DNA of 64,000 nt from Limnothrix sp. BL-A-16. GTDB taxonomy: Bacteria; Cyanobacteriota; Cyanobacteriia; CACIAM-69d. Positions 45,001 through 53,570 of the stretch are shown piece by piece (the first letter of the stretch is position 1; the number at the start of each line of letters is the position of its first letter). Made by a program: the position numbers and the translations under genes. The notes beneath the pieces are model-generated. The model was not told where the DNA came from, did no database searches, and worked only from the letters and a program-made list of their open reading frames with translations. The stretch spans positions 1,056,001-1,120,000 of the forward strand of contig CP166615.1 in the NCBI GenBank assembly GCA_041937175.2, given 5' to 3'.

Positions 45001-45994
45001 CAATGGCGACACCATAGGAATCTAAGGGAATGGGGGCCGCACTGGTCATAATCCAGCGCAAAGTGCCATCGGGCCGCACAATCCCCTGCTCGACATTTTG
45101 AATTGGACGACCTTCCCGTAAGGCACGAATTGAGGGGTACTCTTCGGCGGGCATGGGGCTGCCGTCCGATCGCAAAATTTCCCATGCGGAGGAATCACAG
45201 GTGCGTTGGGTATGTTCTTCTTTGGAAACGCCTAAAATTCGTTTGGATTCTGGATTGGCTTCCAAAATCTGACCGCTAGCATTGGCGATGGAAACCCCGA
45301 TGGGCAAAATTTCAAAGAGGGTTCGATATTTTTGCTGACTTTCCTGGAGCGCATGTTCTAGCTGGAAGTGCTCTGTGAAATCAACAATCATGGCGTAATA
45401 ACCATGAACGCTTTGATCGATCGCTTGATCGGGAATTAGGGTGGCTCGAATATAGCGCTGTCCTCCTTGGGCATAGGGAAGAGCGCTTTCATAGGTCACA
45501 ATTTCTCCTTTTAAGACCCGATCAATATGGGGTTTAACTAATTGATAAGCCTGTTGACCGATTACCTCGGCTACTCGCTTTCCGCAAATGTCTTGAGGAC
45601 AGAGACCAAACCAGTCCTCATAGCTTTGGTTAACGTAGCGATAATATAAATCCCGATCGCAATAGGCAATACAAACGGGCAGAAGATCCATAATCTGCTG
45701 CCACTTTAAGGGATTATTCAAAAATATTGATGGAGATTTTTGGGCCGGTCTGGGCTGATGAAGTTCGGACTCCTCTATTTTGGCTTGCAGTGCTTTTACC
45801 TGCGCTTGGGCTTCGGCCAAGGCAGTTTGGGATTGTGCAAGCTGTTGTCGTAGATGCTGAACTTCAAGATCAGATGGGAGGAAGTCAGTCATAGCTAGCG
45901 GGGCAGACGCAGAAATAAGTGGTGAATCATGGTTATACCTTGCGATCGGGTCAAATTCTCCTAAGTTGCCTCCTAATTTATTTTTATGATTCAT
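42083..45994 (-). CDS. Multi-PAS/GAF diguanylate cyclase (start 45994 or 45892)
   Basis: About six PAS/PAC domains, a GAF, then GGDEF domain (DGLTQIANRR, DVDFFKKYND, RNTDLVARYGGEEF with RxxD I-site). Confidence 0.95.
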   Translation of the reverse strand: MNHKNKLGGNLGEFDPIARYNHDSPLISASAPLAMTDFLPSDLEVQHLRQQLAQSQTALAEAQAQVKALQAKIEESELHQPRPAQKSPSIFLNNPLKWQQIMDLLPVCIAYCDRDLYYRYVNQSYEDWFGLCPQDICGKRVAEVIGQQAYQLVKPHIDRVLKGEIVTYESALPYAQGGQRYIRATLIPDQAIDQSVHGYYAMIVDFTEHFQLEHALQESQQKYRTLFEILPIGVSIANASGQILEANPESKRILGVSKEEHTQRTCDSSAWEILRSDGSPMPAEEYPSIRALREGRPIQNVEQGIVRPDGTLRWIMTSAAPIPLDSYGVAIAYIDITDRKATEEALRRSNAHYQSLANVLPQSLFREDCQGHCTFANQAFLDLLNLSDAEIFGKTVYDLYPYDLANRYSQETRWVLETGHILDVIEPHPLLGKNQDGSELSLVQVVKTPVRDSDGQIIGIQGIFWDVTERVYLERALRESEIKLNAVLSNTAAAIMSAYVFSNNSHRYDYCSAGCEDLFGYHPSEFLANNQLWLSIVHPEDLQKIVLPHFESIWAEETFQFSYRFLHRNGEWRWAMLTGTSQWESEINGWRVTKFHINITNQQRLADDLKIINDLYNLAIQSIGEGVWDWNILDDSILVSERYLELLGEEHQGLQSTQLFPETAFFKKIHPEDQEHWEQALTAHLQSYERYDIEVRFQHTQGHYIWVRIRGQAVWNGQGEPVRMVGTIEDISDRKFAEVALNQREQEFRNLAENSPDCIMRCDREGRFLYVNRTVLQLCRISEQDFIGKTSAELGFPEDLVQMWHEGIQTVLETGQKAFLEYEMSLPDGDHIFQSWVVPEVIQTPILDRERFGLSVAVPSWNSLENLQDFIGGSVLNLPHWVNSEKSESQSSNVMVNPVVIESVLVVARDITHLKRAQIALRQQADRERTLRSITQHIQSSLDLSEILDIAVTEVHRTLQADRTFILRFHGDNSGSIIQEVVKTDYPSMRDRQWPKTNSLWSRSSAEFAPRTQIIQEIPSDRPQMHLARLMEATGAQSQVMAAIVGTLPHGESHVWGLLIVQACANSRSWQGDEAELLQQVADQLAIAIQHSELLEQFRSQAEQLQQANHFLEEINSKLNDLSNRDGLTQIANRRCFDVVLQQEWQRCQRIQEPLSLILFDVDFFKKYNDLHGHPAGDQCLISIARSIDGLLQRNTDLVARYGGEEFVVVLPHTDSGGATQIAELIRQAVLNLQIFHSEHQGTTRYVTVSLGIASQVPQLDRSCQDLVQAADRALYQAKSLGRNTWVLASDDLPNQDPSSDQD

Positions 45995-46474
45995 CACACT
46001 TTCCGGCGATGATGGAGCGATTCGCCTGGGCAAGGGTGACTAATCTGTGATGGGAAATCAATCCTGCTGTGCTCAAAACCAGTTTTGAAAATTAAGCTCT
46101 GGGGACTCAATTTTGGAAATTAAGTCACGAGGATTCAGCCTTGGGGATTCAGCACTGGGATTGCGATCAAATTTTGGGCTGATATCGTTAATCTTTGCAG
46201 GGTTGATCACCCTGAAACCGGATGATTGGTAGTGGTTTGATGGTCAGCGCCACTCAAAACCCGATCGGGTCGCTTATCCGGTTTTGGGCGCGATCGAACC
46301 GTAAGGGCTGTCAGAGTTGCCCTGCCTTTGGGGGCGATCCGGTGGTGACCGAGGGCGATCGATTGTTTGCCCCACTTCCTCCATGCACTGTGCTGGTTCC
46401 GCCGACTACACTGAGGACAGCCCCACCCCAGCAAGCTATGGGACTGCCATTCTCATTTCGCCCCGCTCATCCCC

Positions 46475-47956
46475 ATGAAACGTTTGCTGCAACCTTTTCA
46501 GGCTCGTTTGTCGCGAACGGTGGCCTTGGGGGTGTTGTTGAGTATTGTGACCATTGAGGCGGTGATTCTCATTCCCTCTTATTGGCGGCGGGAACGGGAG
46601 CTAATTGACTATATGCAGCGGATTTCCACTGCCAAGGTGGTGACCCTGGCGCGTTGGTCGCAGGCTGCACCGGAGTTTCAGGATCCCGTGCTGTTGGCTC
46701 AGCGGTTGGCCAATCAAACGGATGATCCCATTTCCTTGTGGAAAGGGCTGGCGTTCTATGACCAATCAGGGCGTTTGGTGGCCACGGTGGGGGAAAAGCC
46801 TGAGTTGACCATCACGGCGGTGGCTGCGGGTCGCCGTGAACAACTGAGCCACGATCAACAACGGCTCGATTTGGCTTGGCCGCCCGATGCCAGACGCAAC
46901 TACACCCTGGTGGTTCGCCACGACATGCACCCGGTTTATGCGGAATTGCGGGCTTTTATCCTCCGCATTCTGGGATTGGTGGTGCTGATTTCGGTGTTTG
47001 CAACGGGGGTGACGATGGTGGTGTTGTCGCGGGTGGCGATCGTGCCGATTTTACAAATGCGCGACGACCTGCGGCGAGCGGCGGACTTAATAAGTCGTGA
47101 GGATACCTCTGGGGAAATGTTGTATGCCTGCCAGGTCGATCGCCCCGATGAGTTGGGGGAGGTGATTACGGCTTTCCGGCATATGTATAACCGAATTCAC
47201 CAGGAAATTTTGGAGCGCCGACGGGCAGAACGGGAATCGGAAAGCCTGTTGCTGAATATTTTGCCGCCAGCGATCGCGGAACGATTGAAGCGGGGCGAAC
47301 ACCCGATTGCGGAACGGTTTGAACAGGCAACGGTGCTGTTTGCGGATTTGGTGGATTTCACCGGACTAGCAGCCCACATCACCCCGGGCGAGTTGGTGCA
47401 ACAGCTCAACCACATTTTTTCTGCGTTTGATGCGTTGGCCGATGCTTATGGCCTCGAAAAAATTAAGACGATCGGGGATGCCTACATGGTGGTGGGGGGC
47501 GTTCCGGATCCGCATCCGGACTGTGTGACAGCGGTGGCGGAAATGGCGCTGGCCATGCAACGGGCGATCGCGGACTACCAGCCCGCCGCCCACTCCACCC
47601 AACGCCCCTTTTCGATCCGAATCGGAATTCACACGGGGCCCGTGGTGGGCGGTGTGATTGGGATCCGCAAGTTTATTTATGACCTGTGGGGCGATACGGT
47701 GAACACAGCGAGCCGGATGGAGTCCCATGGAATGCCGGGCCAGATCCAGGTGACCGAAGCGGTTTACCAAACCCTGTGCGATCGATTCCAATTTGAGCGG
47801 CGGGGCGAAATTGCCATCAAGGGCAAGGGCACAATGACCACCTATTGGTTGCTCGATCGATTGGCGACCAACGGCCCCATGAATGGCGCAGCCGCGAACC
47901 CGGCGGCCCACCCCCCGATCGCCTCAGGATTTTCGGGAAATCGCCCGCTTTCCTAG
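46475..47956 (+). CDS. Membrane class III adenylate cyclase with HAMP domain
   Basis: Two TMs, HAMP, VLFADLVDFT, EKIKTIGDAYM (Lys), YDLWGDTVNTASRME (Asp): ATP-specifying residues. Confidence 0.94.
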   Translation: MKRLLQPFQARLSRTVALGVLLSIVTIEAVILIPSYWRRERELIDYMQRISTAKVVTLARWSQAAPEFQDPVLLAQRLANQTDDPISLWKGLAFYDQSGRLVATVGEKPELTITAVAAGRREQLSHDQQRLDLAWPPDARRNYTLVVRHDMHPVYAELRAFILRILGLVVLISVFATGVTMVVLSRVAIVPILQMRDDLRRAADLISREDTSGEMLYACQVDRPDELGEVITAFRHMYNRIHQEILERRRAERESESLLLNILPPAIAERLKRGEHPIAERFEQATVLFADLVDFTGLAAHITPGELVQQLNHIFSAFDALADAYGLEKIKTIGDAYMVVGGVPDPHPDCVTAVAEMALAMQRAIADYQPAAHSTQRPFSIRIGIHTGPVVGGVIGIRKFIYDLWGDTVNTASRMESHGMPGQIQVTEAVYQTLCDRFQFERRGEIAIKGKGTMTTYWLLDRLATNGPMNGAAANPAAHPPIASGFSGNRPLS

Positions 47957-48480
47957 GCCTTGGGGGGCGTTACCCCCATCCGAATTTCGGAGCAGAAGGA
48001 GGCAAAGGTGGGGCCGCCCGATCGGGTTGTGGTGCTCGATCGAAACCGGAGATTATCGCTAGCAAACCAGATTCGTTCCTCAATCCAGCCACCGTCCACC
48101 GGCAACGTAATCCACAGGGCCCCGTCACTGCCGAAACTGTAGCGACCCGGTTGGGGCTGGCCATTGCTGCCCGGCGTGGCCAACAGCGGCCCCGCGCCCG
48201 ACGGATCCGGAGCCAAGGCCAACAGCACCGAGGATCCCAATTCTTTATTCGGAGAAGCCGTAATCGCTTCCCAACGCATTTTCAGACCCGCCGCGATCGC
48301 CTGCGGATCGGCCCCATATTTCTGACAAAGGGCGATCGCCTCCGGTGCGTCGGCCGTTAGGGTCTCCATCCAAAGATCCCCTTTGCCCAAAACGGATTTG
48401 CGATCGGTCAAATTGTGGCCCGTCCGTTGGGAAAACCACTTACCCACACATTTTTCTAAAAATTCAGCGATCGTGCTCAT
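47953..48480 (-). CDS. CpcS/CpeS-family phycobiliprotein lyase
   Basis: F.EKCVGKWFSQRTGH...EERIWFASDNLRFRSS...ASFCSEIR; probable start MSTIAEF at 48480. Confidence 0.92.
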   Translation of the reverse strand: MSTIAEFLEKCVGKWFSQRTGHNLTDRKSVLGKGDLWMETLTADAPEAIALCQKYGADPQAIAAGLKMRWEAITASPNKELGSSVLLALAPDPSGAGPLLATPGSNGQPQPGRYSFGSDGALWITLPVDGGWIEERIWFASDNLRFRSSTTTRSGGPTFASFCSEIRMGVTPPKA

Positions 48481-48667
48481 GATGAAACAGAGAATTGATG
48501 GTTGATTAGGGTTTTGCCGTAAAAAAATACTCAAAAAAGGTCAGGGCTGAAATGGGTTGGGCCCTGGGAAGCCGAAAATGCGTTTTGCTCGCCTGGCCAA
48601 GTCACAGTTTGGATCTGAGCCAGGCCGAGCAACTCAAAGCCCCATGAATCCAGGTTATGAATCCAGG

Positions 48668-49375
48668 TTATGAATCCAGGGGCTGATCGGCCAGGGGATT
48701 CGACGGTTGATCGAGTTGATCAAGCTGTTGCAATCCATAACGCGCCGCTTCGGCCACCTGGGGATGGCTATCTTTGGCAAGATATTTCAGGGCCGATCGG
48801 CTCTTTTCACTGGGCAACTTACCCAGCGATTCCGCCAAGCGTTGTCGCACCAGCCAATCATCCGACTGCACAAAGGTCAACATCCGCTCAACGGCTTCCA
48901 CGGCTCCCACCTCGCCCAGCGCCGCGATCGCCGCCTGCTGCACAATCACCTCCGGACTGTCCAGCGCATCGATCAGGGTTTTGCGGGCGCGTGGATCGCC
49001 CAAGTTCCCTAACGAAACGGCCGCACTGAAGCGCACCAACCAATCCGTATCCTCATAGAACAGGCGGATCAGGGGTTCAACGGCGCGGGTGTCGTGCAAA
49101 TAGCCTAACGCTCCGGCCGCATTGGCGCGGATGCTGTAGTCTTTGTCCGCCAACAGACCCATCAGCAGATCAAAGCATTCCTCTGTGGGCTTCAGTCCTA
49201 GGGCAAAAACGGCCATGGTGCGCACTTGCAAATGGTCGTCGTTGAGGACTTTTTTAATCAGCGGGACCGCATCAACCGGCGACACATCCCGCAAAGCCGT
49301 GAGGCCCAGGAGTCGATCGCGCGAATTGGGGCTTTCGAGTTGGTCGGCAATGCGATCAAGATTGGGATCAGACAT
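48668..49375 (-). CDS. PBS-lyase HEAT-repeat protein (NblB-like)
   Basis: Repeats VRTMAVFALG, IRANAAGALG, WLVRFSAAVSLGNL, WLVRQRLAESLG. Confidence 0.9.
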   Translation of the reverse strand: MSDPNLDRIADQLESPNSRDRLLGLTALRDVSPVDAVPLIKKVLNDDHLQVRTMAVFALGLKPTEECFDLLMGLLADKDYSIRANAAGALGYLHDTRAVEPLIRLFYEDTDWLVRFSAAVSLGNLGDPRARKTLIDALDSPEVIVQQAAIAALGEVGAVEAVERMLTFVQSDDWLVRQRLAESLGKLPSEKSRSALKYLAKDSHPQVAEAARYGLQQLDQLDQPSNPLADQPLDS

Positions 49376-49424
49376 GGGGTGAGGCTACCAAAACGGATCG
49401 ACGAATTGGCCGAGCATTTCACCA

Positions 49425-50132
49425 TCATACCAAGGGCCCACTCTCCCCAGACATGACCGGGGATCGCGAGGCCAGCCGCGGCCGCAACCAACCCAAATAT
49501 TCTTCATCGCGTCGTCGATCGATGGAGTGAGCCGATCGTTGAAGTTCTTGGATCACGAACTGTGGCTCAAAAAGTTGCTGAATTTCGGCAACGCTGATGC
49601 CAAAGGGTGGGCCACCGGGGCGATCGTGGGCGAAAAACACCGCCACCAAGGAGCCTTGATCCGTCAGGAGCGATCGCACGGCCTGCACATAGGCCGGCCG
49701 CAGACTGGGATCAATCGCACAAAAGCAGGTGTGCTCAATCACCCAATCAAATTGCCCAACCCAATTAGCCGCCAAATTGAGAATATCCGCCTGCACAAAT
49801 TCCGCCGCCACCCCCCGATCGCGGGCAGCCTGGTCAGCTTCAGCAATGGCGGAAGGAGCCAAATCAAACCCCACGACCTGAAAGCCCCGATCGGCTAAAA
49901 ACATCGCGTCATGGCCCCGGCCGCAGCCCACCACAGCCATGCGTCCCCCCGGTATCACGTCGGGGCGATCGGCCCAGGCTGCTAAAACGGGTGATGGTTG
50001 CCCCAAGTCCCAGCCAGTCTTGCCTGTTTGGTAGGCCGTTTCCCAAAAATCAATCGTTGGTTGTTCCCCGCTCAGAACCATGTTGAGGTGTTTGCCGTTA
50101 GTTAATGGATTGGGTATCAATTCTTTGGTCAT
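49425..50132 (-). CDS. Thiopurine/thiol-halide S-methyltransferase-like protein
   Basis: FWETAYQ...GWDLGQPSP, VVGCGRGHDA, EHTCFCAIDP, GGPPFG; start uncertain (50132 or 50081). Confidence 0.88.
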   Translation of the reverse strand: MTKELIPNPLTNGKHLNMVLSGEQPTIDFWETAYQTGKTGWDLGQPSPVLAAWADRPDVIPGGRMAVVGCGRGHDAMFLADRGFQVVGFDLAPSAIAEADQAARDRGVAAEFVQADILNLAANWVGQFDWVIEHTCFCAIDPSLRPAYVQAVRSLLTDQGSLVAVFFAHDRPGGPPFGISVAEIQQLFEPQFVIQELQRSAHSIDRRRDEEYLGWLRPRLASRSPVMSGESGPLV

Positions 50133-50358
50133 TATTGAGTATGGGCTGATGGGCATGGGCTAAACATGGCCTGAATTGGCGATGGACTGAAGCAATCCGG
50201 GGCTAGGGCCTGTTCGTTATTGCCTGAAATCAGGCGGAAATGGTTGATTGGCGATGCCCCATGTGCTTCAGAGATCCCTGCCAACCATGGCCCACGGTTT
50301 CCTGTCCGAGATTCCCCTCTCACCCAACTTCACGACCCCATTTCACCACTTCTGACCT

Positions 50359-51852
50359 ATGCAATCGATCGCCCTTCCTCAGGATTCGTTCAATCAACAG
50401 TGGCTAGCGGCGATCGCCCCGGAAGATTGGGTGAATCCGCAACCAGCGGATTGCTATGACCTGGTGGTGGTCGGCGGCGGGCCGGCGGGTTTGGTGGCGG
50501 CGGCCGGCGCAGCGGGCTTGGGCTTGGGGCTAAAGGTGGCCCTCATTGAGCGCCGCTGGTTGGGTGGGGATTGTTTGAATGTGGGCTGTGTTCCCTCCAA
50601 GAGCTTGATTGCGGCGGCCAAAGTGGCCCGATCGCCCGTGGAACCCGAAACCTTTGCAGCGGCCATGGCCCACCTGCGAGCCGTGCGATCGCGTTTGGCG
50701 GTGCATGACTCAGCCCAGCGGTTTCAGGGGCTGGGGGTCGATGTGTTTTTGGGCGAAGGGCGCTTTCAAGATCCTCGGGCGATCGCGGTGGGTTCCCAAA
50801 CGCTGCGGTTCAAAAAAGCCGTGATTGCCACCGGAACCCGTCCGCGCGTGCCGCCAATTCCGGGCTTGGCCGCAGCAGGCTCTGTCACCAATGAGGCCCT
50901 TTTTAATTGGGTGCAACGGCCCGATCGCCTGGCTATTTTGGGCGGCGGCCCGATCGGCTGTGAATTGGCCCAGGCCTTTGCCCGGTTGGGAACCCACGTG
51001 ACCCTCATTCAACGGCGATCGCGCCTGTTGCCGCGCGAAAGTGCGGCCGCGGCTGCCATTGTGCAACGGGCCCTGGAACGGGCAGGGGTCACGGTGTTGA
51101 CGGGGCAAACGGTGACCCAAGTGAATCGATCGCCCTTGGGTTGTGAAATTCAAATGGCCCAACATCCTGCGATTGCTGTGGATGAAATTCTGGTGGCCAC
51201 CGGTCGATCGCCCAATGTTGAAACCCTGAACCTGGAAGCGGCCCAAGTGGCCCTTGGCCCCCAAGGGATCGCTGTCAATGATTTTCTGCAAACCAGCAAT
51301 CCTCGCATCTTTGCGGCGGGCGACGTGTGCCAGGGCGATCGGTTCACCCATGCGGCCGATGCGGCGGCCCGTCTTGTTTTGCAAAATGCCCTGTTTACGC
51401 CCTTTGGCCTGGGCAAGGGCCGTTGGAGCAAGGTCACTATTCCCCGGGTCACCTACACCGATCCGGAAGTGGCCAGCGTGGGCTGGATTGATTCCGGAGA
51501 GGGAATGAGCGCAATTGGCCCGGGGCCGGCCCCTCGGTTGATTGAAGTACCCTTAAGCCAAGTCGATCGGGCCCAGACCGACCAGGTTGCTGAAGGGTGC
51601 TTGCAAGTGTGGCTAGCACCCGATCGAGACCAAATTTTGGGGGCCACGCTCATTGCTCCCCACGCGGGCGAAACCATTGGCGAAATTGCCCTAGCCATGG
51701 CCGCCGGTTGGGGGCTGGGCCGGCTCGCCAAAGTGGTGCATCCCTATCCCACCCAGGCTGAATGCATCAAAAAGGCGGCGGATGCCTATCGCAAAACCCA
51801 ACTGTCCGATCGCACCCGCCAGTTACTGGCCTGGTTGCATCGCTGGAGCTAG
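50359..51852 (+). CDS. Class I pyridine nucleotide-disulfide oxidoreductase (mercuric-reductase/LPD-like)
   Basis: GGGPAG, GGDCLNVGCVPSK, GGGPIGCELAQ, AAGDV, HPYPTQAE; lacks the MerA C-terminal Cys-Cys. Confidence 0.92.
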   Translation: MQSIALPQDSFNQQWLAAIAPEDWVNPQPADCYDLVVVGGGPAGLVAAAGAAGLGLGLKVALIERRWLGGDCLNVGCVPSKSLIAAAKVARSPVEPETFAAAMAHLRAVRSRLAVHDSAQRFQGLGVDVFLGEGRFQDPRAIAVGSQTLRFKKAVIATGTRPRVPPIPGLAAAGSVTNEALFNWVQRPDRLAILGGGPIGCELAQAFARLGTHVTLIQRRSRLLPRESAAAAAIVQRALERAGVTVLTGQTVTQVNRSPLGCEIQMAQHPAIAVDEILVATGRSPNVETLNLEAAQVALGPQGIAVNDFLQTSNPRIFAAGDVCQGDRFTHAADAAARLVLQNALFTPFGLGKGRWSKVTIPRVTYTDPEVASVGWIDSGEGMSAIGPGPAPRLIEVPLSQVDRAQTDQVAEGCLQVWLAPDRDQILGATLIAPHAGETIGEIALAMAAGWGLGRLAKVVHPYPTQAECIKKAADAYRKTQLSDRTRQLLAWLHRWS

Positions 51853-51979
51853 GCCCCCTCTCGATCGCGGACAGCGGGCCCCCAGCAATCCGCCTGGTTC
51901 GGTTGGCCCAGCCACCTGCCCACCCCAGACACCGCTTCTGATCCTTCCCTCTCCACTGAACAACTGCTGAACAACTGCT

Positions 51980-52984
51980 ATGAAACGACGGGATTTGCTG
52001 TATGGCCTAAGCGCTGCCGGTAGCGCGATCGTCCTCAACAATTGCACCTTCGCGCCCAGCACACCCCAGCGCAGCCGCCGAGCTGCCCTGTTCAAGGTGG
52101 CCATGCTGTTGCCCCGGGGCGCAGACAGTGACGATTGGTGCCGAGAAGGCATGACCGGCCTCGGGCGCATTGAGCGGGAATTAAACGCAGAAATTGCCTA
52201 CACCGATGACATCAACAAAGGGTTACCCGCCAGCCTGCCGCAAGCGCTCGATCGCTACGCCAAAGAAGGTTTTGGCTTCATCATTGGCCACAGCGGAACC
52301 TTCCGCGACGATATGGTCAAGGCCGCAGTTCGTTATCCCCGCACCCGTTTTGCCATAGTGGCTAGCGACAGCGGCAACAACCGGAATTTCGGAGCCTTGG
52401 GCTACCGCAACTCCGAGTTAGGCTACCTGCTGGGGGCGACCCTGGCCTTGCAGCCCAAATTGCAACATATTGGCCTGATCACCAGCCTGCCCACCCCACC
52501 CATTAAGCAATTCAACTTAGCCTTCCAAAATGCCCTGCGCCGCTTTGCACCCGATCGCAAGCTTTCGATCGAATGGGTTGGGAGTTTTGATGACGAACCC
52601 AAGGCGATCGCCCTCACCCAAAAGCTGATCGGCGCGGGAATTGATGGGTTGGCCATGAACTGTTGGACGAATAATCCTGCCATTGTTAACGTAGCGGTCG
52701 ATCGCCAACTGCCCATGGTGGTGCTGGGCCCCGATTCTCGCAAATTGGCCCCCAACTTAATTTTGGCCAGTGGTCTCATCCATGTGCCGGAGCTAATTTT
52801 GCATGGGGCCCGACTGGCCCAACGGGGACGTTGGGAAGGTCGCCAATACCTCTTTGGCCTATCAGAACGGGTGCTGGAATTTATTCCCACCATTGGTAAC
52901 CTGAATCCTGAGAGTCAAAAGGAAATTGTGGATCTCCATGACCAAATTCGTAGCGGCCGCTTGGAGGTTTTAGAGGAGCGTTAA
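51980..52984 (+). CDS. BMP (basic membrane protein)-family substrate-binding lipoprotein with Tat-type signal
   Basis: MKRRDLL...LNNC lipobox-like; KVAMLLP...DDWC..G..GL, IIGHSGTF, YPRTRFAI, GYLLG, WVGSFDDEPK. Confidence 0.82.
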   Translation: MKRRDLLYGLSAAGSAIVLNNCTFAPSTPQRSRRAALFKVAMLLPRGADSDDWCREGMTGLGRIERELNAEIAYTDDINKGLPASLPQALDRYAKEGFGFIIGHSGTFRDDMVKAAVRYPRTRFAIVASDSGNNRNFGALGYRNSELGYLLGATLALQPKLQHIGLITSLPTPPIKQFNLAFQNALRRFAPDRKLSIEWVGSFDDEPKAIALTQKLIGAGIDGLAMNCWTNNPAIVNVAVDRQLPMVVLGPDSRKLAPNLILASGLIHVPELILHGARLAQRGRWEGRQYLFGLSERVLEFIPTIGNLNPESQKEIVDLHDQIRSGRLEVLEER

Positions 52985-53570
52985 GCCATCAAGGTTTTGG
53001 GATTAGATGAAGTACTCTCAATCTCTCGTGGTAATTATCATCGCACTTAAAATAGGTATTGATTTAGGTATGGGCTTTGGTTGAATTTAGGGTTTCGGTT
53101 GAATTTAGTTCAGTGGGGATCAATTCGCTTGGCAAATTCCTCCTAGACTGCAATCTGGACAGCCAGGGCGTTGAGGTATTGCAAGAAACAAGCTGAATAG
53201 TCAGAAAATAGATGTACAGCTTGATAGACCGAATCAACCGGCCAATGGACGGGTTCATCGATCGACTTGTGATCCCTTGATTGAGGTGCAAACTGAATCA
53301 GCCAATGGGCAAGCTGATGAGTTGGCTAATGAATGGGTGAATTTATTGATTGGTCTATGGGTCAATTGGCCAGTTGTTGGCCGGTTGATTGATGGGTCGA
53401 TTGGCCGATTAATCCATGTGCCGGCTGATGTGCTGGCTGATGTATGGTTGGGCTATGGGTTTAACAGCAACAGTTGCTCGCCAAATGATGCCAACGGTTA
53501 AGGTGCAGGGGAAAGTGCTAAACAATCGTCAACCCTCTGCTGCCAGCGAGGCGTTATGGATTAGCCACGA

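Noticed and set aside
50359..51852. True mercuric reductase merA
   Set aside because: No C-terminal Cys-Cys, no NmerA domain, no mer operon.
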